A DNA stretch of 64,000 bases from a virus. The notes beneath the pieces are model-generated. The model was not told where the DNA came from and ran no database searches. It worked only from the letters and a program-made list of their open reading frames with translations. The stretch lies in the IMG/VR virus record IMGVR_UViG_3300027686_001029; one strand, given 5' to 3'. Shown here in pieces: positions 26,589 through 36,465 of the stretch. The position numbers and the translations under genes are program-made. Within the stretch, counting starts at the first letter, position 1, and the number at the start of each line of letters is the position of its first letter.

Positions 26589-27409
26589 AAAGTAATTCTT
26601 GGAATTTTATTATACCCCGGGTTTCTATCGGAAGCCAACTCCCAATCAATATTATTTTCTTTTAGCCATTTAAACATTCCTTCAGTTGACTTGGCCACAG
26701 AGGTTATCTCTCTGGGACCCATAGAAGTTTTAGCATAAACTATCTTTTTATGTTCATCACCGTAAAAGTGTTCTTGAAATACTCTCTGTGTATCATCTTC
26801 TACTCCGTTACTAAAGGAATTTAAGTCCCCAATATCCCAGCCTACAGATATAATTTTGCTACACCCTAAGTGCATAGCTAAAGGAATACATATTTCATAC
26901 ATTATACCAGGTCCCCAAGGTTGATTCATTCCTACTTCAGGGTGATCTAATTTTAAATGCTCAAAGTCTCCTTTCTCTGCTACTGAGTATATCATTTTAT
27001 CCGGCCCTACTCCTCCTCCTGTATGTTGGTTATTTCTATAAACTGGAAGTACTAAGTCACATTCCATATTGTTTTTCTCTATCATCTCGTAATGAAACTG
27101 CTCAAATATTTCCCATAGTACTATAGATTTATTTCCTGTCCAGTCATACTCTCTAAAGTTTGTAAAATTTAAAATATGAAAATCTGTTTCATCTCTTAGT
27201 AAGTCATATGATTGTTTGATAGATAATACTAATTTATCTTTTAAAGCTTCTTTAAGATATTCGTTAGAATAGTTTTTTAACGAAGGTCCACCAGCTATAA
27301 TGTATGCTGTTTCTCCTTTGTATGCATCTTTTAATACACTCAACCTTTTTTCAGGTTCGTCGTAACTAAGTACTTTATTCTTAAGTTCCTGTGTTCGTGA
27401 GTTCATCAA
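26585..27409 (-). CDS. DUF115 / MptE-like (Maf-like) protein
   Basis: AYIIAGGPSL motif; G...LAMHLGCSKI..VGWD. Confidence 0.75.
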   Translation of the reverse strand: MMNSRTQELKNKVLSYDEPEKRLSVLKDAYKGETAYIIAGGPSLKNYSNEYLKEALKDKLVLSIKQSYDLLRDETDFHILNFTNFREYDWTGNKSIVLWEIFEQFHYEMIEKNNMECDLVLPVYRNNQHTGGGVGPDKMIYSVAEKGDFEHLKLDHPEVGMNQPWGPGIMYEICIPLAMHLGCSKIISVGWDIGDLNSFSNGVEDDTQRVFQEHFYGDEHKKIVYAKTSMGPREITSVAKSTEGMFKWLKENNIDWELASDRNPGYNKIPRITL

Positions 27410-27788
27410 CCTGTTTTAATGTTTCTTCCCAATTATTAAATCTTAAACCTTTATCGTCTATATAAACTAAAGCTCTTGGCTTCTCTGCTGTTACTTTATT
27501 AATATACGAAGAAAAATTATAGTTTCCTAACCAATCCCATACTAATTGTGCTCCTGTTTTACCGTTAACTAAGGGTCTATCTGGTTTAGCTTTGGCAGTA
27601 AAGACTATTATAGAGTAACCTTGATTATAAAAATGTTTTACTGCATCTAAACTTCCTACTATAGGTTCATCGTAAACTGTACCGTCGTGAAAGCCTTTTG
27701 AGTTACCATGAATTACACCATCAAAATCGATTGCAATTTGTTTACTGTTTTCTGAGTGCTGTATCTTATTATACTCCTCTAGTTTCAT
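27381..27788 (-). CDS. HAD-superfamily phosphatase
   Basis: IAIDFDGVI, FTA and KP...YIDDK motifs. Confidence 0.85.
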   Translation of the reverse strand: MKLEEYNKIQHSENSKQIAIDFDGVIHGNSKGFHDGTVYDEPIVGSLDAVKHFYNQGYSIIVFTAKAKPDRPLVNGKTGAQLVWDWLGNYNFSSYINKVTAEKPRALVYIDDKGLRFNNWEETLKQVDELTNTGT

Positions 27789-28509
27789 CTAAATATCTTT
27801 TTGGTCTATCGCTCTTGTAAGCTAATCCTTTTGTTAATGTATAAGCTCCATATATAAAACGTCTCGGTGTTCTAGTTATTGCTTGTTCTGAGACTGCATG
27901 AAAGGAGTTAGGAGTTGATGCAAATACGAAAGCTGTGTTTGCTTTTGCTTCTACTACTTTATGTACCGGGTAATGATCTTTTTTTTCTTTATTCCATATA
28001 AACTTATCTATTTTATCACTAGAATGTACGATAAAATCTCCGCCTTCCCAATCTTTATTGTTAAAAAATATAAGAAAGTTTATAATTCTTCTTGGAACAT
28101 CAGCGTGAACTTCTCTTTTGTATTTATTCCCAGCAGATGACCAGTCAATATGAAGGTATAGTTTACCTTTTTTATTTTCAGGTTCTAGATCATAATCATC
28201 GAAACTAGTATCCCATTGATCTATTGCTTGTTTATGGTGCTTGATTAGAGCTTTATAAGTTTCATCAGTATTTAATAAGTTATAAACTTTCTTCCAGGTT
28301 GGAGAGTTCCCTAACCATTTTTCATAGTCCTCTTGTATAAAGTTTTTATTGGAATTAGACATTTGATTTCTACCTCCCATTACCGTCTGTCTATATTTCT
28401 GAGGCCATTCTTCATTTAACTTCTTAAAGGTTTCATCATCAAAAACTTTATCGATTTCAGTAAATGAAAACGGATATATAGAATCTTTTCCTTTTGTTAA
28501 ATCTATCAT
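27769..28509 (-). CDS. 2OG-Fe(II) oxygenase
   Basis: HAD (HxD), NFLIFFN...WEGG, SFHAV and R motifs. Confidence 0.8.
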   Translation of the reverse strand: MIDLTKGKDSIYPFSFTEIDKVFDDETFKKLNEEWPQKYRQTVMGGRNQMSNSNKNFIQEDYEKWLGNSPTWKKVYNLLNTDETYKALIKHHKQAIDQWDTSFDDYDLEPENKKGKLYLHIDWSSAGNKYKREVHADVPRRIINFLIFFNNKDWEGGDFIVHSSDKIDKFIWNKEKKDHYPVHKVVEAKANTAFVFASTPNSFHAVSEQAITRTPRRFIYGAYTLTKGLAYKSDRPKRYLDETRGV

Positions 28510-28521
28510 ATCAATAAATAC

Positions 28522-30243
28522 TTAAGTTAAAAGTTTTTCTACTTCAATAATATCTGTTGGGTAGTCTACTGCAAGTGTTGATCCGTCTACTTCTATCATC
28601 TTTACTTTATACCCTAACTCTATAAATCTTAATATTTCTATATCCTCTTCTGCCTCTAAAGGAGTTTTACTATTAAGCGAAGTAAACGCTTTTAGATGCT
28701 CTCTATCGAAACCATAAATACATATTTGTTTTTTAGGTCTAGATCCATTGCCAAGCTTAGTACCTGGGATAGGATTCCTACTTGAATATAGTAACTCGTC
28801 ATTAATATTAGTAATAACTTTTGGAATTTTTTTATCAGTAACATCTTCATTAGCGTTTAAGTAAGCTTGACAGTTAATAATATGGTCTGGGTAATCTAGT
28901 TTAGCTTGTATTACTCTCTTAATATCATTAGGATCTAACATAGGTTCATCTCCTTGAATATTAATTATAATATCAGCATCAATCTCTAATGCTGCTTCTG
29001 CTACCCTATCAGTACCGGTTAAGCAACTATCTGAGGTTAGTATAACTCTGTACCCGTAACTTTTTACTACCTTAACAATCTCTTCATTTTCAGTAGCTAT
29101 ATAGACACTATCTTTGTCTATTGCACTAGCTGCTATATCAGCAACTCTTATTATCATTTCCTTACCATCTATAAGTGCTAATGGTTTCCCAGGAAATCTA
29201 GTTGATTTATATCTTGCTGGTATAACAATTGCTACTTTAGGTTCTAATTTATCTTTTATTTTAGTAAAGTCATATTTTAAACTATCTTCAATCCCTAGTA
29301 TTACATCTTCTATTCTATTAGAGTTTAAAAATGATGCTTGAAGTGCTTGAGTGTATAGAGGGTGTATATGCTTTAAGCCGCTTACCATATAGTTATGTGT
29401 AAAACCCCATTTGTAGACCTCTTGTAAAGGTCTCATCCATTTAGAGATAAATTTCTGTATAGAAGTTCCATTATATAAGTTATGTTTAAACTGCATGTAT
29501 GTAACTAACTGTTCAGTCTTAACATTTCCAACACCTCTACCCATTCCTAATAGAGTGCCATCAATAATTTCTGCTCCTGCTTCCATAGATGCTAAACAAT
29601 TTGCAAATGCTAATCCTAAGTTATCATGTGTATGTACTCCGATAGGAAGGCCAAATTGTGAGAATTGTTCTATAATTTTAGAAGCGTCTTTAGGTTCTAA
29701 ATTACCGTAAGTATCTGCAAAGTATAATGCTGAGGGATCTATTTTAGTGAATGCTCCAAACTCTTTTATTTGTTCTTCGCTTAGAAGCGTTATACCCATT
29801 AGGTTAACAAATAAGGTATAGCCCTTGTCCTTAACGTATCTCCCTATGTCTAATGCATGCTCTATTTCGTTATGTTTAATAGCCAATCTACATATACTAA
29901 AGGGGGAATGTTTAGCGTCATGTATTACATCATCAATAAGAGAAAAGTCAACTTCTGCTCCATTTATAAAGTCTTTAGCATCAATCATAAATGCTAATTC
30001 AGAGTTAATTGGAAGTTTATGTTCTAGTACTTCCCAAATAAACCTATCATTACATTTACGGAACTTTCCTCCTTTTATTGGAGATTTAAAACCTAACTCT
30101 ATAATATCTACTCCTGCTAAATCTAGACTTGATATTAAATCTTGGACCATTTCTATTTTGAAATCCCAATTATTATAATATCCTCCGTCCCTAAGTGTGC
30201 AATCTAATAACCTTTTCTTCATTTTACTTAAATTTGTGATCAA
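28522..30243 (-). CDS. HMGL-like (DmpG-type) aldolase fused to KdsB-like CMP-ulosonate cytidylyltransferase
   Basis: N-terminal LDCTLRDGGY, YFADTYG, HTHDNLGLAFAN and GMGRGVGN; C-terminal IPARYKSTRFPGKPL, TGTDR, NIQGDEP and E..E.LR...VD. Confidence 0.9.
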   Translation of the reverse strand: MITNLSKMKKRLLDCTLRDGGYYNNWDFKIEMVQDLISSLDLAGVDIIELGFKSPIKGGKFRKCNDRFIWEVLEHKLPINSELAFMIDAKDFINGAEVDFSLIDDVIHDAKHSPFSICRLAIKHNEIEHALDIGRYVKDKGYTLFVNLMGITLLSEEQIKEFGAFTKIDPSALYFADTYGNLEPKDASKIIEQFSQFGLPIGVHTHDNLGLAFANCLASMEAGAEIIDGTLLGMGRGVGNVKTEQLVTYMQFKHNLYNGTSIQKFISKWMRPLQEVYKWGFTHNYMVSGLKHIHPLYTQALQASFLNSNRIEDVILGIEDSLKYDFTKIKDKLEPKVAIVIPARYKSTRFPGKPLALIDGKEMIIRVADIAASAIDKDSVYIATENEEIVKVVKSYGYRVILTSDSCLTGTDRVAEAALEIDADIIINIQGDEPMLDPNDIKRVIQAKLDYPDHIINCQAYLNANEDVTDKKIPKVITNINDELLYSSRNPIPGTKLGNGSRPKKQICIYGFDREHLKAFTSLNSKTPLEAEEDIEILRFIELGYKVKMIEVDGSTLAVDYPTDIIEVEKLLT

Positions 30244-30251
30244 CCCATAAA

Positions 30252-30872
30252 TTAAGATAGATCTTTTGTTCTTGACCTAACTTGAGTACTATGTATAGTC
30301 TTACCCTTTTTAACTGGGGTGGGTGTTAAAGGATTATTTACTTTCTCCTCTATTGGTTTAGGTTTTAATTTAACCACTTCACCTTTAATAATATAAAGAT
30401 AATCTTTCGTTTTACCAACTTTATATTTAAGTAAATTATTAGCACAGAAAATCTTTAGAAGCTCAATTCCGATTGGCGATATGTCATCTATAAGAAGTAA
30501 GGTATTTATTCTGGCTGCTTCATAAGCTTGTTTAAATATATCTACTGCTGAGGCACTATCAGGTGTATCTAATTTATTAAATCCTATTCTAATTATAGCT
30601 GTTTTATTAGCTTTAATTGCTGTTACTATATTAGTAGAAGCTTTTCCCTCAACTACTGTTGCTCGTTGACTAGAATAGTTTATGAGTTTAGATTTAAAAT
30701 CACTTGTATACCTTAAGTGTTTAGAACCAAGTAGTGTGAAGTTTCTGGATAATATATTATTTTGTTTTATAGCAGTAAATACTTTATCGCTAAATTCACC
30801 TTCGAAGAAAGTAGCATCTAGGAATACTCCTTCTACATTATTAGCTTTATTAAAGATTTTAGCGATGTCCAT
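30252..30872 (-). CDS. Hypothetical protein
   Basis: ORF track; CTATTTAT motif upstream. Confidence 0.65.
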   Translation of the reverse strand: MDIAKIFNKANNVEGVFLDATFFEGEFSDKVFTAIKQNNILSRNFTLLGSKHLRYTSDFKSKLINYSSQRATVVEGKASTNIVTAIKANKTAIIRIGFNKLDTPDSASAVDIFKQAYEAARINTLLLIDDISPIGIELLKIFCANNLLKYKVGKTKDYLYIIKGEVVKLKPKPIEEKVNNPLTPTPVKKGKTIHSTQVRSRTKDLS

Positions 30873-30886
30873 ATATATAAATAGGG

Positions 30887-31516
30887 TTAATTTAAAGTGT
30901 CGTAGTAGGCATTTTGTTTTTCCTGTCTCTTAATATCTTTAGGATGGTATAAAGAAAGTTCTTCTTGAGCAGGTAACAGTGCATATGATTTATGACCTTT
31001 TAGTTGTTCATGTACTTTATTAACCCATCTTATATTAGGATTGTTCTTCCATACTCGCCATTGGTAATCTGGGTAGTTAACCCAGCCTTGGTCGTTTACA
31101 TTCCATTGCCATTGTTTAATATGCTGTTCAGTTAACCCTTCAACAGTATTTACTCTGGGAACTAGGAATACTTCATTATCAGGATTACTTTCTAATATTG
31201 CAGGTAGATTCTCTATTAAAGCACTATGGGGCATCTCATCAGCATCTATCTGAAATATATAATCTCCATTGCAGTAATCAGTAAGTTGATTTTTCCAGTT
31301 AGCAAAATGACCATCGAAGTCTAATCCTCTCCAGAATTGTACATTAGGGTATTTACTCTGTTTAGTAAGCCAAATAGCTATCTCTTCCTCTCCGTTCTTT
31401 TGATCGTAAAGTACAACTATATCATCCTGTTGTCTTTTATTTTTTCTTAGAAAGTTGACTAGCTTTTGTATCTCTGTAAACTCATTACAGACTGTTATAG
31501 CGTAACTTATTTTCAT
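30887..31516 (-). CDS. GT2 family glycosyltransferase
   Basis: ISYAITVCNE, FQIDADE, YPDYQWR and VHE motifs. Confidence 0.88.
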   Translation of the reverse strand: MKISYAITVCNEFTEIQKLVNFLRKNKRQQDDIVVLYDQKNGEEEIAIWLTKQSKYPNVQFWRGLDFDGHFANWKNQLTDYCNGDYIFQIDADEMPHSALIENLPAILESNPDNEVFLVPRVNTVEGLTEQHIKQWQWNVNDQGWVNYPDYQWRVWKNNPNIRWVNKVHEQLKGHKSYALLPAQEELSLYHPKDIKRQEKQNAYYDTLN

Positions 31517-31522
31517 ATTAAC

Positions 31523-32152
31523 TTATCTGAAGTTTGTTAGTATACGATTAGATTCAGATGGAGACGGAGTTGGTCTCTTCATGTATCTTACCCAGCTTCC
31601 ATCTATCGTGACTAAATCCGGTTTGCCTAATATTTCATCTACTGCTTTTTTAACATCTACGCAAGGTAGGTTATAATCATGACCTGCAATTATTCCAGTT
31701 AATTTTAATTTAGGTAGGAATAATTTAATATCTCTTTTTACACTATCGTATTTATGGTCTCCGTCAATATACACAAAGTCCAATGACTTATCTTTAAACT
31801 GTTTGACTACCTCAAAACTATAATCTTCATGTAAAATTATATTATCAAAGTACCTAGTATTAATTTTAAACTCTTCTTTAACTTGTTTCCAACTTCTCTT
31901 TAATATTTTTAAAGCTTCTTCATCTCCTTCAAAAGGATCTATACAATTAATAGATTCAAAAATTTGAGAGGCAGCAAATACAAATGTTGATTCACCTAAA
32001 TGACTACCTATCTCAACCATTTTTAATTTGTCCTCAATATTTAATTTAATCTGTATAGTGTTAACCAGTTCACATAAACCTAGAAAATGCTTATTACTAT
32101 TTTCAGGTCCTTTCCATTCTTTAGGAGGATTAAATCTTAATGTATGTTTCAC
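31523..32152 (-). CDS. Class I SAM-dependent methyltransferase (Methyltransf_24-like)
   Basis: VEIGSHLGES, DFVYIDGDH.Y and IAGHDY motifs. Confidence 0.88.
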   Translation of the reverse strand: MKHTLRFNPPKEWKGPENSNKHFLGLCELVNTIQIKLNIEDKLKMVEIGSHLGESTFVFAASQIFESINCIDPFEGDEEALKILKRSWKQVKEEFKINTRYFDNIILHEDYSFEVVKQFKDKSLDFVYIDGDHKYDSVKRDIKLFLPKLKLTGIIAGHDYNLPCVDVKKAVDEILGKPDLVTIDGSWVRYMKRPTPSPSESNRILTNFR

Positions 32153-32153
32153 T

Positions 32154-33017
32154 TTATAGGTTTTTTATATAGTTTTCTAATAATCTTTTTGGTACCCAGT
32201 TTAGTAATTGTTTATTTTGTTTAGTTAATTGAGCTAAAGTCTCTCTATAATTTCCGGGCTGGTCTTCAACGTATTCCGTACTTATATTATTTCCAAACAT
32301 TTTAACTACTTCGTTTATAGAATAGTTTATACCTGTGCCAAGCTGCCAATGAGGTTGCGATGCTTTGGATTCAGCTATAGCAATTAAACCTTCAGCAATA
32401 TCATCAACATGAGTAAAGTCTCTTCTTTGCTCTCCATCCCCAACTATACTCAAAGGAAGTTTATTGTCTAAAGCATATCTAAACTTACCTATGACAGCAG
32501 CCATATGTCCTTCTGTAATTTCTCCTGGACCGTATACGTTATAAAATCTAGCTATTTCGACATTTAACCCAAATACTTCTCTATAGAGGTTGCATATTTC
32601 TTCTCCTTGATACTTAAAAAGAGAGTAGGGTGATTTACCTCCTGGTGTATCTAATTTGCTAGCAGATGATGATCCTGCATATATAACTTTAGCTTCATTT
32701 AACTTAGCAAACTCAAGTACCTTTAAGGTTCCTGTTACATTATAAAAGAAACATTTTTCAGGATCAGTAAAGGAAGGTTGTATTCTAGACTGTGCTGCTA
32801 GGTGGTATATTATATCTACACACCTTGTAGATTTTAAAATCTTATCAATCTCAGTAATACATCCTCTGAGGTATTGAACTCCTTTTACATGGTTCTCCTC
32901 TGTACCTGTAGAATAATTATCTAACGATACTAAATTATTATTAGTGTCCTTGGAGAGAATAGTAAGTAGTGCTTTTCCTATAAACCCTGCTCCTCCTGTT
33001 ACTAGTATATGCTTCAT
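32154..33017 (-). CDS. NAD-dependent sugar epimerase/dehydratase
   Basis: VTGGAGFIG, Y...K (YSLFK), RFYNVYGP and RDFTHV motifs. Confidence 0.92.
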   Translation of the reverse strand: MKHILVTGGAGFIGKALLTILSKDTNNNLVSLDNYSTGTEENHVKGVQYLRGCITEIDKILKSTRCVDIIYHLAAQSRIQPSFTDPEKCFFYNVTGTLKVLEFAKLNEAKVIYAGSSSASKLDTPGGKSPYSLFKYQGEEICNLYREVFGLNVEIARFYNVYGPGEITEGHMAAVIGKFRYALDNKLPLSIVGDGEQRRDFTHVDDIAEGLIAIAESKASQPHWQLGTGINYSINEVVKMFGNNISTEYVEDQPGNYRETLAQLTKQNKQLLNWVPKRLLENYIKNL

Positions 33018-33026
33018 ATTTTAACC

Positions 33027-33476
33027 TTATTCAATTGCTTGAAAGAATCCGATTGCCTCTAGAGCAGTCATAAAATCATCTTGTTTAAACTTAGCAGCAT
33101 TAGTCATATCCATTTTAATAGTTTGGTCTGCTGGATATTTTCCTGATGCTAGTTCTTTTTCAGATAAATCGATTGATAGTACTGCTGACCATAACCAGTT
33201 ATCTTTGCTTACACCATCTAAAAATACCATTCCTTTACCCGGTAAGGTAATAGTAGCAGGAAACCATACATTTTTGTCTTCGCCAACATACATTAAATCT
33301 TTGTATAGCTCTGGGGAGGTCTCTAATGTGTTCTTAACTGCTGCTGATCCTTCTGTCATTACTGTACTTGTAGAGAAACCACAGCCCATACAGAGCCAAG
33401 TTTTAGTATTCTCATCAATGTGCTGTTCGTAGCAGGCATTTCCGCCACATTTTTTACATATAACTAAATTATCCAT
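33027..33476 (-). CDS. Zinc-ribbon hypothetical protein
   Basis: CKKC...C...CMGC. Confidence 0.7.
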   Translation of the reverse strand: MDNLVICKKCGGNACYEQHIDENTKTWLCMGCGFSTSTVMTEGSAAVKNTLETSPELYKDLMYVGEDKNVWFPATITLPGKGMVFLDGVSKDNWLWSAVLSIDLSEKELASGKYPADQTIKMDMTNAAKFKQDDFMTALEAIGFFQAIE

Positions 33477-33481
33477 TTTTT

Positions 33482-34786
33482 TTATTTTAATTTTGGTAAA
33501 ACTAACTCTTGAGTCTTCTTCTTTAAAGTAGGTAACTTAAGTTTAGGCATTTCTAATTGAGTCTTTTCTGCAAATACCGGTAAGTATTTAACTAGTAACT
33601 CATCTAACTTAGTAACCATAGTATCAAAAGAGAAGTTTGCTCTAGAGAATTGTGCTTGTTGTTTTCCTTTAGTTTCAAACTTCTTATACTGCTTGAATAC
33701 TTCTTTATACGCCTTAGCAACTGATCCAGGATCTGGTTGAAACCATTGAGCTTCAGGTAGAATCATATCCGGTACTACTGCAGAATTATCAACAGGATGA
33801 ATAGTTCCAGGTAGTAGGTAACTATATTCCGGTTTAAGAAAATCTAGTTGTCCTGACCACCCTGATGCAATGATTGGTTTTTTAGTTAAGCTAAACTCTA
33901 ATAAAGGTCTTCCGAATCCTTCTCCTTTTGTTAAGCTAATCATAGCTTTTACTTTAGGGTGATTGTATAACTCATTTACCTGAGTATCAGACATCTCTCC
34001 ATGTACTAAATATACGTTAGGAAATTTACTACCGTTAACAGATTTACGTATAGAATCTATCTGATCTAATATTGCTTCCCTGTCCATTATTGAAGAACTT
34101 ACTCTAGAAGTTTTCACTATGAGTGCAGGTGTCTTTCCTAATGAGTTTTTGAAAGTTTCAAAGAAAGATTTAATAGTATAGGCTATATTTTTTCTATCAT
34201 GTCCCATTGAACCTTGCATCCAATGTCCACATACTAGGTAAGCAAATGACTCCTTAACTTCTGATAGATCAATAGATGATTTAGCAGGTAAATACTTAGT
34301 TAAGTCAGCTCCTTCTAATAGTACTTCAATAGGCTTTTCTAACTTTACCTGTCTTTCCAATTGGTTTGTCTTCTTATTTTTCATATCAAAAGATGTTCTT
34401 TCGAATACATCTTTAGAGTGTATACTAGATACGAAGTTTACATCCATCTTATTCATACCGTCTATCCATTGAGGAGCTACTAAAGTAGTCTCCATGCCAG
34501 CAGTCATTCCAATATTAAACTCTCCTACTGCTTGGAATTCATTAGGTACGGTTAATTGAATCCAAATTTGTGGTTTAGAAGCTATTTGAGGAACTATTCT
34601 GCTTTTAATAGCAGCTAGCTTATGATCTTTTAAGTAACCGGTTCTTGTATTGCCCCATCTTTGAGCCAATATCTGTACATCGTATTTATCTAATTTCAAT
34701 AGTGCTAAAACAATATCTCTTGCTCTTGCTCCATATCCACTATATGTATCTACTGGTGCACTTATAATTAATAACGGTCTATTCAT
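33482..34786 (-). CDS. GT-B (GT4-like) glycosyltransferase
   Basis: SGYG, DRKN and KGEGFGRPLLE...PIIASGWSGQLDF motifs. Confidence 0.85.
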   Translation of the reverse strand: MNRPLLIISAPVDTYSGYGARARDIVLALLKLDKYDVQILAQRWGNTRTGYLKDHKLAAIKSRIVPQIASKPQIWIQLTVPNEFQAVGEFNIGMTAGMETTLVAPQWIDGMNKMDVNFVSSIHSKDVFERTSFDMKNKKTNQLERQVKLEKPIEVLLEGADLTKYLPAKSSIDLSEVKESFAYLVCGHWMQGSMGHDRKNIAYTIKSFFETFKNSLGKTPALIVKTSRVSSSIMDREAILDQIDSIRKSVNGSKFPNVYLVHGEMSDTQVNELYNHPKVKAMISLTKGEGFGRPLLEFSLTKKPIIASGWSGQLDFLKPEYSYLLPGTIHPVDNSAVVPDMILPEAQWFQPDPGSVAKAYKEVFKQYKKFETKGKQQAQFSRANFSFDTMVTKLDELLVKYLPVFAEKTQLEMPKLKLPTLKKKTQELVLPKLK

Positions 34787-34787
34787 C

Positions 34788-36224
34788 TTAGTAGTTAATT
34801 AGGTTGTGTTGTATTAAAGTTGACGGTCTTTCTATTGCTTGAATTACTTCGTAAACAGGTCTCGGTTTAAAGGAATCAAATGTTTTATTCATACATCTAG
34901 CAACATTACTACTCATAGTAGAAGCAGACATTTGAGCTTCATCCGAAGTTGCAAATTTACGTCCAGTTAATCCTTTTCTATTCCTTTCTTCTTTAGTTAA
35001 GTTATAATTTAACTCTAATGCTGATGAAGCATCTTCTATTGAACATCTATCGTCCCATATGTAAGGAGTTGCAGGTGAGCCTTGTAAGGATATATTAGAA
35101 GGGTATAAAGGAATTGCCCATTCACCGTGATCTTTATAAGTTCCTCTATGGTTAGAAGGAAAATCTGGAGTAAAGTTAATCCATTCTCCTTTTTCATTAG
35201 TAAATCTCATTTGATCTTGCATTCCTCCTGTTGTGTTAGCACATATCATAGTACCTGCCATCATAGATTCAGTTAATGCTAATCCCCATCCTTCGTTAGA
35301 AGACATTAGTAATGTAATATCGGCTAAGTTGTACAGTAGATTCATTTGTGCGGGCGTAAGTCTATCTGTAGAGAAATAAATGTTAACAAATTCTGGATCT
35401 GTTAAGGTTTTCTTAATAGCTTTTAAATCGGTACCGTGTTCGTCTACTTGAGCTGTATGCATTACTAACGCACATTTTTTAGCTTTATCTTTTCCTATTC
35501 TATTACAGAATTCACTATATGCTAAAATAGTATCACCAGGGTGTTTTCTATGTATATTTCTAGAGTTATAAAACACTACGTATTCGATATCTTTATCTCC
35601 AAATAATCCTTTTCTAAATTTATCAAAGTCAGGTGTAGTTACATCGATAGGTTTAAACACTGTTTCATCTATACCGTGAGGTACATATTCTATGATCTTA
35701 CTATCAGCATCATCACCTAAGACAATCTCATTAATGTTTTTAGTTTGTTTAGAAATAGCCATTAATAAATCTACTGAGTTATAATAGTGTTTATTATACA
35801 TTGGAGCAGGGTAGTCATCCCATATGTTTAACCACATAATAGGTATCTCCTGTCTTATTTCTCTTTCAATTTCGAATAACCAAGTCCAGTATCTTGGATC
35901 AGTAAAGATGAATATAGCATCAAATTTATGTATTGACATTAATTGTCTAACTAGATTAGCATCTCCATATCCATTATGAGGTTGGACTTTTACTTCAGCA
36001 TCATCTAGCCCTTTGCCTTTATTAATATCCCCTGATAAGTCAAAAACTTTCCCAACTTCTGGATGCTTTAAAGCTGCTCCTAAGTTATACCAGTTAAAAT
36101 GTTGTGCTGTATTTACTACAATCTCTCTTGCCATCGTTGCAATACCTGAATGCATTCTAATATCGTCGCATAGTAAGAGAATATTTTTTCTTTCCTCTTT
36201 TTTAATATAACCTAACTCTTTCAT
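34788..36224 (-). CDS. GT-B (GT4-like) glycosyltransferase
   Basis: SGIA, VPHG, NSRNIHRK and EGWGLALTES...TGGMQDQ motifs. Confidence 0.88.
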   Translation of the reverse strand: MKELGYIKKEERKNILLLCDDIRMHSGIATMAREIVVNTAQHFNWYNLGAALKHPEVGKVFDLSGDINKGKGLDDAEVKVQPHNGYGDANLVRQLMSIHKFDAIFIFTDPRYWTWLFEIEREIRQEIPIMWLNIWDDYPAPMYNKHYYNSVDLLMAISKQTKNINEIVLGDDADSKIIEYVPHGIDETVFKPIDVTTPDFDKFRKGLFGDKDIEYVVFYNSRNIHRKHPGDTILAYSEFCNRIGKDKAKKCALVMHTAQVDEHGTDLKAIKKTLTDPEFVNIYFSTDRLTPAQMNLLYNLADITLLMSSNEGWGLALTESMMAGTMICANTTGGMQDQMRFTNEKGEWINFTPDFPSNHRGTYKDHGEWAIPLYPSNISLQGSPATPYIWDDRCSIEDASSALELNYNLTKEERNRKGLTGRKFATSDEAQMSASTMSSNVARCMNKTFDSFKPRPVYEVIQAIERPSTLIQHNLINY

Positions 36225-36416
36225 TTATTTTCTGAGATTTAATTTGTTAGTCTTATGTACCTTCTCTTTGAACTCCTTATCAGTAAGATAGAGAAAAATA
36301 GAACGATCTGCAAGCTTTTTAAAAGAAAAGTTTTCTTGTAAAGCTGCCATTTTAAATTGATCGAATAAAGGCTGTGTAATTTTAACCGAAGTTAGTTTTT
36401 CTTCTTTTTTAATCAT
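36225..36416 (-). CDS. Small ribbon-helix-helix-like DNA-binding protein
   Basis: LTSVKI...FDQFK......SFKKLADRSI.LYL pattern. Confidence 0.55.
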   Translation of the reverse strand: MIKKEEKLTSVKITQPLFDQFKMAALQENFSFKKLADRSIFLYLTDKEFKEKVHKTNKLNLRK

Positions 36417-36465
36417 AACTTTGTTTTTAATTATATAAATATATACTTATATAAATATACCCTTT

